Program-made: the position numbers and the translations under genes
Assembly: GCF_001194135.2 (NCBI RefSeq)
Contig: NC_068988.1
Coordinates: 13,473,459-13,537,458 of the forward strand
Direction of reading: 5' to 3'
Length of the DNA: 64,000 bases
Source of the DNA: Octopus bimaculoides
Taxonomy: Eukaryota
Shown here: one piece after another, positions 39,256-52,880 of the stretch
Layout: each line of letters starts with the position of its first letter
Position numbering within the stretch: position 1 is the first letter of the stretch
The notes under the pieces: model-generated
Databases searched by the model: none
Seen by the model: the letters and a program-made list of their open reading frames with translations, nothing else
What the model was told of the DNA's origin: nothing

Positions 39256-40430
39256 AATATTATGAGGAAAACTAATCAGTTGCTTTGGTATAAAAACTAT
39301 CAATGATTTCTATTATTCATCTATGTTGAGAACATAGATGAGTAATGAATTTGCAATCAGTTTGTGACACTGGCTTCAAAACTTAAAAAGGTCTATGAGA
39401 GAGATAGAGAGAGACAGGTTTTCAGTGATGGAGAAGTTAGAGAGTGATGAAGAGAATAGATAAGGAAGGAAAGAGAAAATACGAAAAAATGTGGAAGGTT
39501 AAGAAATTATGTGTCGGAAAAATATAAATACAGAAATGTATAATTTTCAACAGACTGCACCACACAGAAGCATGAATATAGATTTAAATACATGTCAACA
39601 GAGACCCACAAGCATCTGTTTACAGAAAACGTACATAGATAGATAGGTTTTTACATATATTAAAATGAAAGTATCCTATAATCTTTTAATGAATGGCACC
39701 AACAAAATATTACCAGTGAAACCTTAGGAGGACTATCTATACTTGGGTTGTTTTGTTTGATCATACAAACTTGACCCTTTCTTTCTTTTCATCCCTAAGA
39801 AGTAGTATCACACTCTTTCCTTCTTTTATCTCCTCCTCTTCACCAGAAAAAGTGGGAGAAACTCTAAGAAAGTGATAGAAAAAATAGTGCGAGAGAATAA
39901 AGAAGAGAAAGTGAGGATGGGGTAAGGTAGATGAGTGTGAGAGAGGGGGTAAGACAAAAAGGAAGAAATAACAGTTTATGTTACATTTCCAAATACCACA
40001 CACACATTTATAGATGTGAGTGCACATGTATCTAAGTACACATAGACATAAGCACACAGATATGTATGCACATATAAGATCACTGAAGTTCCATTAATGC
40101 AACTAAGTTATTTGAATATTCAATTAAAGTGTGAGAAAAGTACCTTTGATTCCATTTAACTTCCTCTGCTGATAGAATGAGTGTTAATCTAGTTTTTCAA
40201 AGTCTCAGTCCCTTAATAAACTTAATATTCAGTTATGAGTATATAGAAACAGTCAACTTCATAAGGAAAATGTAATATTCTAATTCATCCAAACTGTTAT
40301 ATTACAGTAGTAATTTAGTATGTTATTCTACTTACTGTTTATATTCTAAGAAAGCTAAGTTTTTTATGAATCAATGAAACTGTATGCACATGTAACCCTT
40401 TGTAAGTGGTTTGTAAACATGAACAGTTAA

Positions 40431-40660
40431 TCCTTCTGTTACCATATTGAAATATGGCTGAAATATACTGCCTTTATTTCATTTTAATTTTGAAAATAAT
40501 GAAAAAGTTATTAAAAAATAAAACTGTCATTATTAAGCAAGTGTTTGGAATACAAATTTGCATGAGAATTTGATGGAAGGTTTTCATTTAGATCACATTA
40601 AAACAAGAAATTTGTATCATAGAACAAAGGGCAATTTCAGGGAGGTTGGTATCAGAAGGG
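40431..40660. mobile_element. Second TTAA-flanked piggyBac-like MITE type
   Basis: ttaa|tccttctgttacca...tggtatcagaaggg|ttaa; 14-bp TIR with 2 mismatches. Confidence 0.7.
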
Positions 40661-40774
40661 TTAACAGAAAAAATTTCTTTATTCAGTATATATGAATGTT
40701 TGAATTTATCATGCATTGCTATTTTTTTAAAACCTCTTTAGTTATATTACAAAGTAAAACTTTCCTAATAATTT

Positions 40775-40970
40775 ATTATCTTTTATCTTCTATTTGTTTG
40801 CAGGTATGCTGGGGCACAGCCTTGAAGAATTTTAGTCAAATGAATCAGCCTCTTTGTAAAGCGTGGTACTTAAACTATTGGTCTCTTTTGCCAAACTGCT
40901 AAGTTACAGGGATGTAAACATGCCAACACCAGTTGTAAAGTGATGGAGGGGGACAAACACACACACACAG
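40775..40970 (-). mobile_element. Partial family A SINE (3' part)
   Basis: gtatgctggggcacagccttgaag...ctgctaagttacagggatgtaaac...ggggacaaacacac. Confidence 0.75.
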
Positions 40971-41149
40971 ATACTTATAGAATACAAAATGGCTTCTGCA
41001 CATTTCAGCTCCTTACTCAAAAAGTATCAATATTAACATGAGTCCAGAATGCTGCTACTTTATAATGAACAGTATATTTTCCTTTTCATATTAAATATTG
41101 TAATAGCATATGCAGTCTAAAATAATAACTCTGTCTTATTGGAAAACAT

Positions 41150-41500
41150 TCTTTCACAGATGTGGTGTGCAAGAGAGACAACTGCGCTGGCATGGTCATG
41201 TGTTGCAAATGAATGAGGACAGCTGTGTGAAAAAGTGTCAAACCCTAGCAGTTGAGGGAACCTGTGTAAGAGGTAGACCCAGGAAGACCTGGGATGAGGT
41301 GGTGAAGCACGACCTTTGAGCATTAGGCCTTACCGAGGTAATGACTAATGACCGAGACCTTTGGAGATATGCTATGCTTGAGAAAATCCGACAAGCCAAG
41401 TGAGACCATAAACCGTGGCTTATACCAGTGGGTGTAACCAGCCCACTCATGAGTACCCCTCATTCATTGGACAATAAATTTTGCTTGTGAAGACCTGTTG
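41150..41500 (+). mobile_element. RTE LINE ORF2 C-terminus and start of 3' UTR
   Basis: RCGVQERQLRWHGHVLQMNEDSCVKKCQTLAVEGTCVRGRPRKTWDEVVKHDL matches the RTE R-LRW-x-GHV...GRPRKTW motif. Confidence 0.9.
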
Positions 41501-41518
41501 AAGTAAGTGAAATCAAAT

Positions 41519-41898
41519 TGGGTCAATGGGTTCCTCACAAACTTTCCAAGTCTAATGCTCAGCAACATACAGCAAGGATGACATTCCAAAGGCTGGAGCA
41601 GTTTGAATGGGAAATGATGCCCCATCCACCATATTTGCCGGATATTGCTCCATTTGATTATCATTTATTCTGCAGTCTTCAAAATCATTTGGACGGAAAA
41701 AATATGAATTCTGTAGATGAGGTCAGAATAGTACAGGAGGAGTATTTTCTATCACGGACAAGTGAATTTAAGAAGAGGGGCCTTGCAAGTCTACTAGATA
41801 GATAGAAGAGCATTGTAGAAAATGAAGTAGAGTTTATCTTAGTTTTGAAAAATAAATGAATTATAAAAAATCCACATTATTTATGGGATGACCCAATA
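41519..41898 (+). mobile_element. Mariner transposon 3' remnant with internal deletion and right TIR
   Basis: GQWVPHKL followed by NAQQHTA...HPPYLPDIAPFDYHLFCSLQNHL (mariner WVPHEL and YSPDLAPxD motifs). Ends in ccacattatttatgggatgacccaa-TA. Confidence 0.92.
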
Positions 41899-42959
41899 TT
41901 ATAATTAACTCTGATTATTTCACATGCATTGATGAGTAACACTTAAAACCATCTTCAATTCTGGTATCTAAATTGAACAAAATAGTTTGTGATATTTTTA
42001 ATAAAGCAAGATTATATAACCTATAATGAACAGGATGCCATTTAGAAGGCAGCTTTCACAGTATCTCTAATGTCTGTAACAGCTTCCAGAGCTTCTGCAA
42101 ACCTGTGACCTGCTATTTCAATTCATTAGGCCATTCCCTTGATGACTTGGCTTGGTTCCATGCTAAAGATCATCACATACCCACAAACACGAGAAGAGGC
42201 AGGTTATCTTTATGACGGCCCAGCTTCAACAGGCATAAACAAATGGCTTTCTGTTTTCTAACATACTCCCCTTCCCTAATTTCAAGCCTCTTCCATTTAC
42301 CTTTTTGTATTAGAAGTCTGCATGTTGCATATTGACAAACTTTCCCATCCCTTACATCTATGCATCTCCCTTCCTCCCCTATCAACTCCCTCTATTTCCT
42401 TTTTGCTTGAATATGTTTGTAGATGTGGGTATATCTGTTTATAAATATGTTCATATATTACATCACATCTATTGCAACCTTTAGTGCCTCCCTGTTTGTG
42501 ATTGTTTTTAGTTCTCTGTTTAAATCATTATCCCCACTTTGTTTCATTACTCTGGTCACTGGCCTCCAATTTCCATCTTATCTTCCTTCATCCCTCATTT
42601 TTCTTCATCATTTGTTTCCTCCCTCACACATTCTTCAAATTCTCCGTGTGGTGATAAAACTATTTTCTTTCTTTCCAATGAAGGGCTTTGATCAAAACTA
42701 CAGCATTCTCATCTCCCTATAGCATACAAACTTTAATCTTTATAATGATCAAAAAGAGATGTAATACATAAATGGCAGTAGCAATTATTTTATACAATTA
42801 CGTTTTTCAAAGGAAAAATAATTTCACTTACAATTTTGGCATATTGAAACAATATGATAGAAAGGGACACGTTCTTATTTGGTTTACCCAGATATTTTAA
42901 ATATAAAAAGTGTTTAAATAGATATACAAAACCACTTTTGTATGGGGAAAGTATATTAA

Positions 42960-43156
42960 CCCTTGAGCATTAAACCACCCATGTCCAGCCCAAATATTCT
43001 GTCTGTTTTTTGTTCAAACTGATCAGATTCAGCCTCTCACAACTACCCAACACTGTTGTTCTGAAAATAAACAATCATATCATTGAAATCTCAAAACTAT
43101 GAGACAAATGTGAATAAATAAGCATTACATTTGACAGTAATCTGACTGCTAAAGGG
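42960..43156. mobile_element. TTAA-flanked piggyBac-like MITE (same family as 25793-26018, opposite orientation)
   Basis: ttaa|cccttgagca...tgctaaaggg|ttaa. Confidence 0.8.
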
Positions 43157-43839
43157 TTAAATTGACTCAACATTAATATACTTCATGTACTTATTTTATC
43201 AAACCTTGAGGAGGAAAGTAAGAAGGTAACCCCAGCAGGATTTGAACACAGATGTAGTTTGAACTTACATTTTGCACCAACTACCAAGTATAAAAAGATG
43301 TTTTCTTTAGCAAATTATCACCATTATCAGTGCTTTTAAAATTGTTTTTATAAGCTGTTATGAATCAAACAAGCATAGATTTTAAATATTGTTAAACTAT
43401 TGGTTGGAATTTGGCTAAGTTGATTGAAGTAAAAGAACTTTGATTAGTTGTAAAAGAACGAAGTAATGATATATATTGATTTATCTGATGATGAAGGAAG
43501 ATTAAAGAAGGCTGCATGATAAAATTCAGTGTATTAGCAATGAATGTAAATAATGCACTCAGAGCAAAAAGAAGTTTTTTGATCAGTCAAAACATAGCAG
43601 TTTATTTCATCTTACAGCTGTCACTTGCAGAGATAATCTTATGAAGAGGAAAAACATGTAAATTAAGAAGCTGAACATTATAGACATGAATAATAAGTTC
43701 ATTTAAATAGAAATCAGTTTTCTTAGGTCAATATCATCAGAAATTTATTGAGTACTATTTAATGTCTTTAGTACTTTAAGGTCACTATTAGCAGCTTTTT
43801 TTTTGTTTTTTGAATAATATAATTAAAAGAAAAATTCTC

Positions 43840-44235
43840 ACTGCACGAATGGCTATGTGATTAACAGTTTTCTTTGCAATCATTCGGTCTTATATTTCAT
43901 TCCTCTGCATGGCACTTCATGCAGATATTGTTTACCACTGCCATGTTATGAATGGAAAGTGTACAGAAGCCCTTTATATGTGTGTGTATGTCCTAGTGTG
44001 ATTCAATGTAGTTAACTTTGGGTATTAGTCTAACAAGAGTGTAACTCTCTAAGAGCCATTACACAGAAAAAGGGCATGACTCCCTAAATGGACATGGTTT
44101 AAATGAATTCAGCCAGTTGATAAATGGAGACTGATAAAACATGTATTAGATAATAACTGAGGTTGGCATAATTGACTAAAATCTCTTTGAAGATGGCATC
44201 CCAGCAGGAGTGCAACCTAATGACTGAAATTAATA
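43840..44235 (+). mobile_element. Old, diverged family A SINE
   Basis: atggctatgtgattaacag...ctgcatggcac...gatggcatcccagcagg...taatgactgaaat. Confidence 0.55.
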
Positions 44236-45094
44236 AAATAGTACTAAAAAAATGATATATAATATACTAACAGAAGCAAAATGTCATCAGACTGTTAGTC
44301 TATGAACTGAGTGAAATTAAGTTAAAATCCATCCAGTTTCAAAGATATTACCTTTTGATATTAAAGATTATATTCAGAATCACCATTAATTAAAAGTAGT
44401 GTGCTAATAAATGCTTATTATACCCTCATTTATTAATACTTTAGAAAGTAAATTCAATTTATATTTTAATGGAGGCTCAGAATGAGAAATGTGAGTGTTT
44501 ACAGAATTACTATGTCACATTAATTATATCAATGATGGAAATTGTAGGAGGTGGAGTACAAAAGTATGATATACATCAACTTCTCAATTTCCATGTTTTT
44601 CTTTCATTTTCAACGCCAACAAATTATCATTAGATCTTTTTTATCAAGTTCCCAACAATCATAATAAAATAGAATATAAATTAATTTATAATATACTACA
44701 TAGTATCAATGGATCATTAGAAGCTATGAGAATGCAAGTGACTACCGAGGAGCTTTGTGAAAAATGAAGGTAAAAAATAAAACAGACAAAATCTGGAGTT
44801 AACCATTAACTTGTTTTAATTCTTCAGTTAGCCCAAGTTATTAATGTTATTGTTCTCTAATTTGACAAACAAAGTTATAGTTTTCCAGCAAGCTGACTAC
44901 AAAGCATGTTGTAAGTTCACTTAAGATACATTTTTTAAAAAAAGTTACTTGATATGGCTTTGCAAACTCATGCCAACAATTCAGCCAGTCAGATCTTTTT
45001 ATTTTTATAAGTGCGAGGAAATATTGTATATTTATTTTTAAGTCTGGTACTTGTTTTATCAGTCTCTTTTGCAAAACTGCCAAGTTATGGGGGA

Positions 45095-45230
45095 ACAAAG
45101 CTCCTAGTTTCCATCCACCAAATTCGCTGACAAGGCACTGGTCAATCTGGGGCTATAGTAAACACTTGCCCAAGGTGCTGTGCAGTGGGACTGAGTCCCA
45201 AACCATGTGGCTGTAAAGCAAATTTCTTAT
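45095..45230 (-). mobile_element. Family A SINE head
   Basis: ctgacaaggcactggtcaatctggggctatagtaaacacttgcccaaggtgctgtgcagtgggactgagtcccaaaccatgtgg. Confidence 0.8.
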
Positions 45231-45769
45231 GTTCTTTATTTATTTATATAACTGATTTTCTGTCAATAAATTAAAAATATAATCTTTATTTACTTTCTTA
45301 ATATAAAACTAGTCAGTTTTAATATCCATTAATTAATTGCTATCTGTACAGATAATTTTACAATTGAATTTCAAAAGTTATCATTGCTATAAAACAGACA
45401 TAAACAACTGACACTTCAGTATATATATTTAGATTTAAAAACAGTAAAATTATTCAAAGAATGAAAATATTCTACAATAAAAGTATTTAATAATTAATTT
45501 GATATGCTAATGTTCAATATCATCAACATTTAAAAAAAACGCCACTGATATTTTATTGGCAAATTCAGTTGTTTTTTTATACAGAACCAGTGGTAAAAAT
45601 TTTAAGTAGTTCAGCAAACTGGTTAAAATCTTGCCATTGAGTACAGATACTTGTAGGACATTGTGATTATAGGTTGTGAAGTGGTGAACACGCATGTGAT
45701 AATTTGAGAGAAACCTTTGGCTTGGAATATCATCAAAAGTATATGTTATGAATATTTAGATTCATATCT

Positions 45770-46100
45770 TATTTCCTTTGGTGTCTGGACTACAGCCATG
45801 CTGGGGTACCACCTTGAAGGGTTTAGTGAAACAGAACACCAGGACTTATTTTTAAGCCTGGCAATTAATTTGCTGCTCTCTTTTAGCTGAACTACTAAGT
45901 TACAGGGATGTAAACAAATCAACAAAAATTGTCAAGTGGTGGTGGGCGACAAACACAAACATATCTATCTAACATGGGTCAAATCCACTCACAAAGCTTT
46001 GGTCAGAGTAGAAGGCACTTGCCCAAGGTACCGCACAGTGGGACTGAATGCAAGACCATATGGTTGGTAACGCAAGCTTCTTACCACACAGCCATGCCTA
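45770..46100 (-). mobile_element. Family A SINE (tail type 1)
   Basis: cagccatgctggggtaccaccttgaag...cccaaggtaccgcacagtgggactgaa...cttaccacacagccatgcct. Confidence 0.85.
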
Positions 46101-49100
46101 AATGATGCAAGGAATACATATATTATAGTATTCTTGGAGAGGAATGTGCATAGTTAAGGTTAAACTAAGAGATCAAAGGGTTGTCAAAAAAAATCACTTG
46201 CTCATCTCTGATAGACCCTTTTGTGATCTGAGTACAGCTCACTGTACACCAAATTCTGAAAAATCATTTCCATCACTATATTAGACCATTATCAATACCT
46301 GGATAATCCAACTGTTTGGTTTTTCATGTTCCTGTATACTCAAAATGATGTAACATGTCATCATATCACCTGTTGAATCAAATAATTTTTTAAGAAGTTC
46401 AAATTTTATTGTTTTAAGTGGAAAATATCAGTTTACAATTTGCTTGGATAATAAGATAGCATTACATTTTTGATGTGATTTCCCTTAGTCAGTCATTCAT
46501 GAAGATTTTGAATGACATCCAAGCAATAAATTCAGAAAGGAAATCAGAAAAAATCTACAGCAGGTCTGTGAAAAGCATAAATTAAGGAAAGAGAAGAAAC
46601 AAGTCAATTGTTGTATTACTAAAGATTGCAGTGATGTGAAAAAGCCTGTAATTTATGACAAGCTTTCTTTTTATGGAGAACATAATTTGATACTAGATAT
46701 CAATAAATCTTTCAACAGTTAAATAAGAAAAGAAAAACATTATCTGAATCTATGTATTTCTGTTTATCATTGGGCTTTTATTGATAGAAAGGAAAGAAGA
46801 AAAATAACCTATTTCATTAGATGTGAAAATAGGAAAGGTGTGTTCTTTAGGTTTAGCTATTAACAAGTGACTTAAGCATAAAAGGGCAATAAGATTTTAG
46901 GATCAGTATCAATAGTAGCAGGTTATATCATGGAAAATATACATTCTTTTGGAAAGCCATCAATGATGAAAGAGGTTAGCTTAAAAAGGATTTATACTGG
47001 TTTATGAAGTGATAAGATAGTCTTAAATAAAAATGGTGATATGAATGGCAAACAAGAATGAAAATACAGGCAGCTTGAAAAGTATAAAATTAAGAAACAT
47101 TTATGTACAAAAGGTACTGTTAAATAAATTTTCTTATTCAATGTAACCATCTTAAAGATATAATATAAAAACAACAACAGCAAAAAGATATTACAGGATT
47201 TTCAACCATATGTAAAAGTCAATAACAGTTAAAGAGTTTTATTGAGACTAGATCAGAGACTCTGACATAAATGTTTGAATTTATTTTTCTTTAACTCATC
47301 CTACAGTTTGAAAAACTAGAATACAGATTTCACAAGTAAAGGTAACTGATTTAATTGATACAATCTAAAACTGTATCAAACATATAGGCATAATGGGATC
47401 TTACCTATAACATTTATGACAATCTTTGTCATAAACAAAGATAGTACTATTTCAACAATTTAACATGGAAAACTGACACCAAATAGAAATAAATCATTAT
47501 TTTATTTAACTATGTTATCTTCAGCAAGGTTATATGAATTTAGATAAGAATAAATTTATTTGTTCTGTATTATTCTTGTTTAAAGAATAGATTATTTAGA
47601 TTTAAAACAAAATTTAAGTTGATGATGAGATATATCAGCAATAAATAAACTTAAGGTAAGGTGCAAAGAAGACAGTGAAATATTTCACTGTACTTCAGTG
47701 TTTGGCATGGAATACTGAATAAATCTAGAGGCAGTGATTATTTTTACTATTATTTTGAGTTCCAAATTAATGCAACTACATTAAGTATTATGATTTCTTT
47801 CCCAGTCATACAGATCTAATTTTTGTATGTACATAAACGTCTATAGAAATAGTGAGTGGTATAAAGAGAAAGTAATTGTACATAAATCACATTCCTTAAT
47901 TACTGTTAAATTAAGGAAATAAATTCCAGATTTATATCATTCATTATCTTTAATATGAGCCAATGATATCTGGAGTTTCTACAGATAGAAATACCGTTTA
48001 TAAATTTAAAATTTATAATAACAATTTGTTTCTCATTTGAAAAATTAGTTGTCTAAAGAGATATTTTGATTGAACATAAACAAAATGAAAAAGCACTTAT
48101 ATAATCTAACCTGTCAATGAATCAAGTTTGTGATGAAAAGTTATTGGTATGAGTTTAAAAAAAAAAATCTTCAATATTGATTCTTTTGCAGTCGAAAAAT
48201 GAAATGAGGTTAGATAATGCTATTTCTGTCTCTTAAGATCACTAATTAGAGCAGGGATAGGGGAATTTTTTAGTGGTGTGGGCAAAAATTTCCAAAGAAA
48301 AAGGTCTACAGGTGGATCACAAGTTCAGACTCTTGTATCTGTGTAAATCTTGTATATATTTATGTATAATTCAATATACATTAATAAAGACATGTTTAAC
48401 ACATTAAATTAATGCATAACATCTTCATTAATGCCACCACTGAATTTAGGACTTTTATATTACTTATGAGGTTCTCTATATTTTTCAAAATGTAGCTATC
48501 CTAATGCTGGAGAAATCATAATGGTTATGCACAGACTGAATTTAATTTTGAAAAATTACATATCTAAATAACATTAGATGTAAATGACATATTTAAACAA
48601 ATTTATCTTAGTGAGAAGGATGAAACTGCTTTTTTTCTTCTTTTTTTTTTTTTGAAAGTTTAGGAATATCACAGGTCTTTGAAGAAACTGCTATTCTTAG
48701 TTCATTACTCAGGTTTTCATTTGTAAGTCTGGTACAAAGACAATTTTTTGCATAATTCAATTTGGAAAAAAATTGCTCACATTGATAAGTTGTTGAAAAT
48801 TGAGATGTTCAAATCGAATTACCCCCCAAATACTCTGCATGTTGAATGAAAGAAACCTAATATAGATAGATGCATAAAGGCAGGTTTGCCAAGTAAATTT
48901 CCTAAAAGTAGCCTCAAATTTTCAACAGAAAAAGAAAAAAATTGAATAAATAGAAAGTTAGTAGGTTAAGATAGTAACCTGAAATGAAAATTTTATATAT
49001 GAGATTTCCATTTAAATTTACTTAGTCAATAATTTAACATGGTATTCAAGAGAAATCTTAATTTTAAAAATTAGATGTTTTCGCAACTAGATGCTTTTTT

Positions 49101-49324
49101 GAAAATGCAATTTTAATTTGTCTTTCAAAGAATTCTTTTCACACATATTTCTAGCTAACCGTCTTGCAGCTAAAAGAGTAGTCATTTTCAATGGTTCCTT
49201 ATAATCAATGATAAATTTATATATTTCCATGTAAGATTTCCTTCAAAGTACTGATCAGTGGAACCAGTTGTCTCTTGACATAACCAGTCAATATTAGAAG
49301 GTAATTCTCTAGCAACATGGCAAG

Positions 49325-49361
49325 ATGAGAGAGAGAGAGAGATAGATAGATAGATAGATAG

Positions 49362-49405
<44 letters not shown>
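49325..49405. repeat. Compound (GA)n/(GATA)n microsatellite
   Basis: gagagagagagagagatagatagatag...gagagagaga. Confidence 0.95.
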
Positions 49406-49430
<25 letters not shown>

Positions 49431-50289
49431 TTTTATGAGAACCAAGTTTTGATTATCTAATTTTATTTATATGTAGAGAGAATTATTAATGTCACAAAGT
49501 TTTGAAGCTCTATCAGTTGTAATAGCAAAACAGTTTTTAATATTAGTTCTTACATCACATAAGAACTTTTTTCTCGATGCAACACTTCAGCAGTAGTTTT
49601 TGGAACAGGAATTAACCCTAAAAACTGTGAAACAATTTAATTTTTTTGTTTATATCTAACATACACATTGACACACCGATGCTTTCCACAAGCAATATCA
49701 AAGAGAACGGACTATTACTTATGTCTTCAATTTGTTCTTTCAGTAAAGATAGAGCAATAACATTTTTTTTTTTTTTGTAAGTGCCATATGTTTTGATCTA
49801 TGCGGTTTGAAATTAGCTGCAATTAGTGATAAAGGAATTCCTTTATTAATAAGTTCTCCTATGTGACTGACAACGAATATTTACATGACAAGCTACAAAT
49901 GCTGCTAACTGTAGCTCTGTTATTTTGCTACTGGGAAAGAAGAAAATGCTTTGATAGTTTGTCGAGAATTTGAGTTTATTAGAACGCTATTTTTCATATT
50001 TAGCTGAAGAAGCATACTTTATTAAATTGGTTTTACATAAAGCTATATTGCAAACATTTTTTTTTCTCCTGCCCAGTTTGAAAATTGTGGATCAGTTAGC
50101 CAGAATTTTTGAAACTTCATATTTTGACCATTTACTCATTACATAAGTGGGTATAGTTTTAGAATGATAATTATTTATCAAAAAAAATTAAAATATTTAG
50201 CTTTCTCAGAATATGGTGATCTTTGGGTATAGGGTGTGTCTTTCAATTTGTCAAAGTCAAAATAGTAACATATATTTGCATATTTCCCA

Positions 50290-50710
50290 GACTTCTGCCA
50301 TGTGACTTTTCTCAATTTGCTTCTTCTATCATAACTACAACAGCCTGCTCCTCAGAGTTAGCTATCTGAATACCATCCCTAGCTAAGACCATCCGACATA
50401 TATACTTCCCTCTTATCAAGTATTCTGCATCTGTTTTATCAGGTTCCAGCCTACACTAACAACTAGTCTAAATTCTTCCCCTCCAGAACATCAACCCTTT
50501 ACAAGTCCCTTCCTTCATATGATTTCTTTTCTACAATAGACAAATATCTGTTGAGTATTTTAAGCAGTTTATGCACTTCACTTCAGGTTTACTCCAACTA
50601 CTAACTGCTTTTCTACATCTAGCACACTTGAAGTTCTAGTCTCTGTCAATCTCTTAGTGAGCCACTGCAATATTTATGTGCCTACTACTTTCATTGAGTA
50701 CACACTGAAA
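50290..50710 (-). mobile_element. Degenerate RTE ORF2 segment (Cys-rich post-RT region)
   Basis: Minus strand ggcacataaatattgcagtgg...ttcaagtgtgctagatgt resembles W-x-HK-x-CSG...F-x-C-xx-C found in some RTE ORF2s. Confidence 0.55.
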
Positions 50711-51294
50711 ATTGGAATGGTGAATTTAGAAGTAAAAGGTTTTTCAGATTATTATTACAGCAACATATTTAATATTTGCATATGGCATTGGAACTTAGAT
50801 TAAAGAAATGGTTTTCAATCAGAAATAGCTATCAAAATGCTTACTTGTTCAACTGCTTGGTTTTTGTAATTGAAATGCAGTTAGAATGCTATGAGTAAGA
50901 ATATATTGAGACATTAATTCAGGCACAAGGGATGCATGCTAGCATTAACATCAGGTAGGTAGTTTACAATGAAATAGTTATGAGATCCATTCATAGAATC
51001 TCCAGAGATCATAATAAAAAAAAACTCCTAATAAAATCCAGTCTCACAGAATTTGTATGCCATAAAACTCCATGTATAATAATAATACACATTTTTTCTC
51101 ACCTAAATCAAGATAAAGGATGCATTTAATACATAGTACTGGGCTGTAAATATTTTTTTCTCCGTAACATATTTAAAAATGCAGTAATAAAGCATCAATA
51201 TTCAGTAACAATATTATATTGGTATAGAAAGCTATTTCCAAGAATAACAAAATACAAAATCATTGCATCTTCCCAAACACTATTTATATAAATA

Positions 51295-51645
51295 CAGATA
51301 TTAATATCATGGTTATCAGTATCATTTAATATCCACTTTTTCATGCTTGTGTGGATCAGATGGAATTTTTTGAGATAGAGGTTTCTACAGCTGAATACCT
51401 TTCCTGTTGCCAACCCTTACCTACTTCCATGTAAGGTAATATTTCTTCATGGTCTGATATATTTTTCATGGAAGACTGGAAATGAACATCACTTATACGA
51501 TGGTCATGCTCATTTACAACCATCACATGGTTGGCCTGAAGCTATAGAAGACATTTGCCCAAGGTGCCACACAGCAGAACTAAATCTTAGACCACATGGC
51601 TAGGAAGCAAACTTCTTAACCATACAGTCACACCTGTGCCTATAT
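51295..51645 (-). mobile_element. Family A SINE (RTE tail)
   Basis: atcatttaatatccactttttcatgcttg...acaaccatcacatg...tttgcccaaggtgccacacagcagaac. Confidence 0.8.
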
Positions 51646-51949
51646 TAATACACACACACACACACACACGCACACACACACACTAAACTTTTCCGTTAAG
51701 CAAAGATCAACAAAAAATGTATTCCACCCAGTGAGAGATAAATTAATAGATGGTTAAATTCAAAGTGAACTAAGAAAATATCTCCAAATACAAAAGGAAT
51801 GTTAAACATTTTCAGTTATCTATCCTCATTTATGTATCATTATTTACAAATAATCATTTAATTATCATCATTTAATGCCCATTTTCTATGCTGGCATGGT
51901 TGGATACATAGATGGATTCTTATAAAAAATACATTTATTTCATATAAAT

Positions 51950-52136
51950 CCATGCCAAAACTGACCTCGCCTGTGCGAGTGCCACATAAAAAGCACTCAG
52001 CCCACTTTATAGAGTGGTTGGTGTTAAGAAAGGCATCCAGCCGTAAAAACCATGCCAGAAGCATGGCACTGGCTCCTGCCTGGCCAGCTCCTGTCAAACC
52101 ATCCAACCATCCAGCATGGAAGGAGGATGTTAAACA

Positions 52137-52181
<45 letters not shown>
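51950..52181 (+). mobile_element. RTE-type 3' UTR with long (GAT)n tail
   Basis: gtgccacataaaaagcac...aaggcatccagccgtaaaaaccatgcc...gatgttaaacaatgatgat; (GAT)n spans about 52137-52181. Confidence 0.85.
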
Positions 52182-52183
<2 letters not shown>

Positions 52184-52524
52184 AATGAAATATTAAAAAC
52201 CAGTTAATTGGATTATAGCAGATAATCTGCTCTTGTAGTCAGTTGTGCAATACTACTATTATACATGCTATAATGGGTTTTCAAGATAATCTAGGAGCCC
52301 AAATCAAAGTGTATATTAAATATAGTAGTATATCAGACATGAATGTTACAATACTTGTCACCAATTCAAAACAAAATAAATTTAAAAAAATTTATGTTAA
52401 ATCTGGATTAAGCTTAGATTCCTTCTATTTTCAACAGCCAAATTGATGATATAAGTAAAATTTAATTCAGAAAACAGATGGTAACATTGAATGATAAAAG
52501 GTTCTTTGATATTCAAGAGTACAT

Positions 52525-52880
52525 CTTTCATCCGTTGTTTCAGGCATTGGACTGCGGTCATTCTGGGGCACTGCCTTGAAGGGTTTTAGTTAATCAAATA
52601 AAGAGTGTTCTTATTTATTTATTTTTTGAAGCCTACTCACTTATTCCATTGGTCTCTTCCATCTCACCATTGGGAGATAAACAAACCAACACCAGTTGTC
52701 AAGTGATGGTGGTGACAGACAGAAACAAACACACACATGTGCACATACATACATACACACACACACAATGAGCTTCCAGATAGTTTATAATAGAAGATAC
52801 TTGACCATGATGCTGCACAGTGGGACTGAACCTGAAACCATACCGTTGCAAAGTAAGCTTCTTAACTATACAACCATACC
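52525..52880 (-). mobile_element. Family A SINE (tail type 1)
   Basis: ttggactgcggtcattctggggcactgccttgaag...cacagtgggactgaacctgaaaccatacc. Confidence 0.85.

Noticed and set aside
47668-47696. Short near-perfect palindrome (similar ones at 28744-28763 and 27125-27145)
   Set aside because: Short AT-rich palindromes are expected by chance or template switching in 64 kb.
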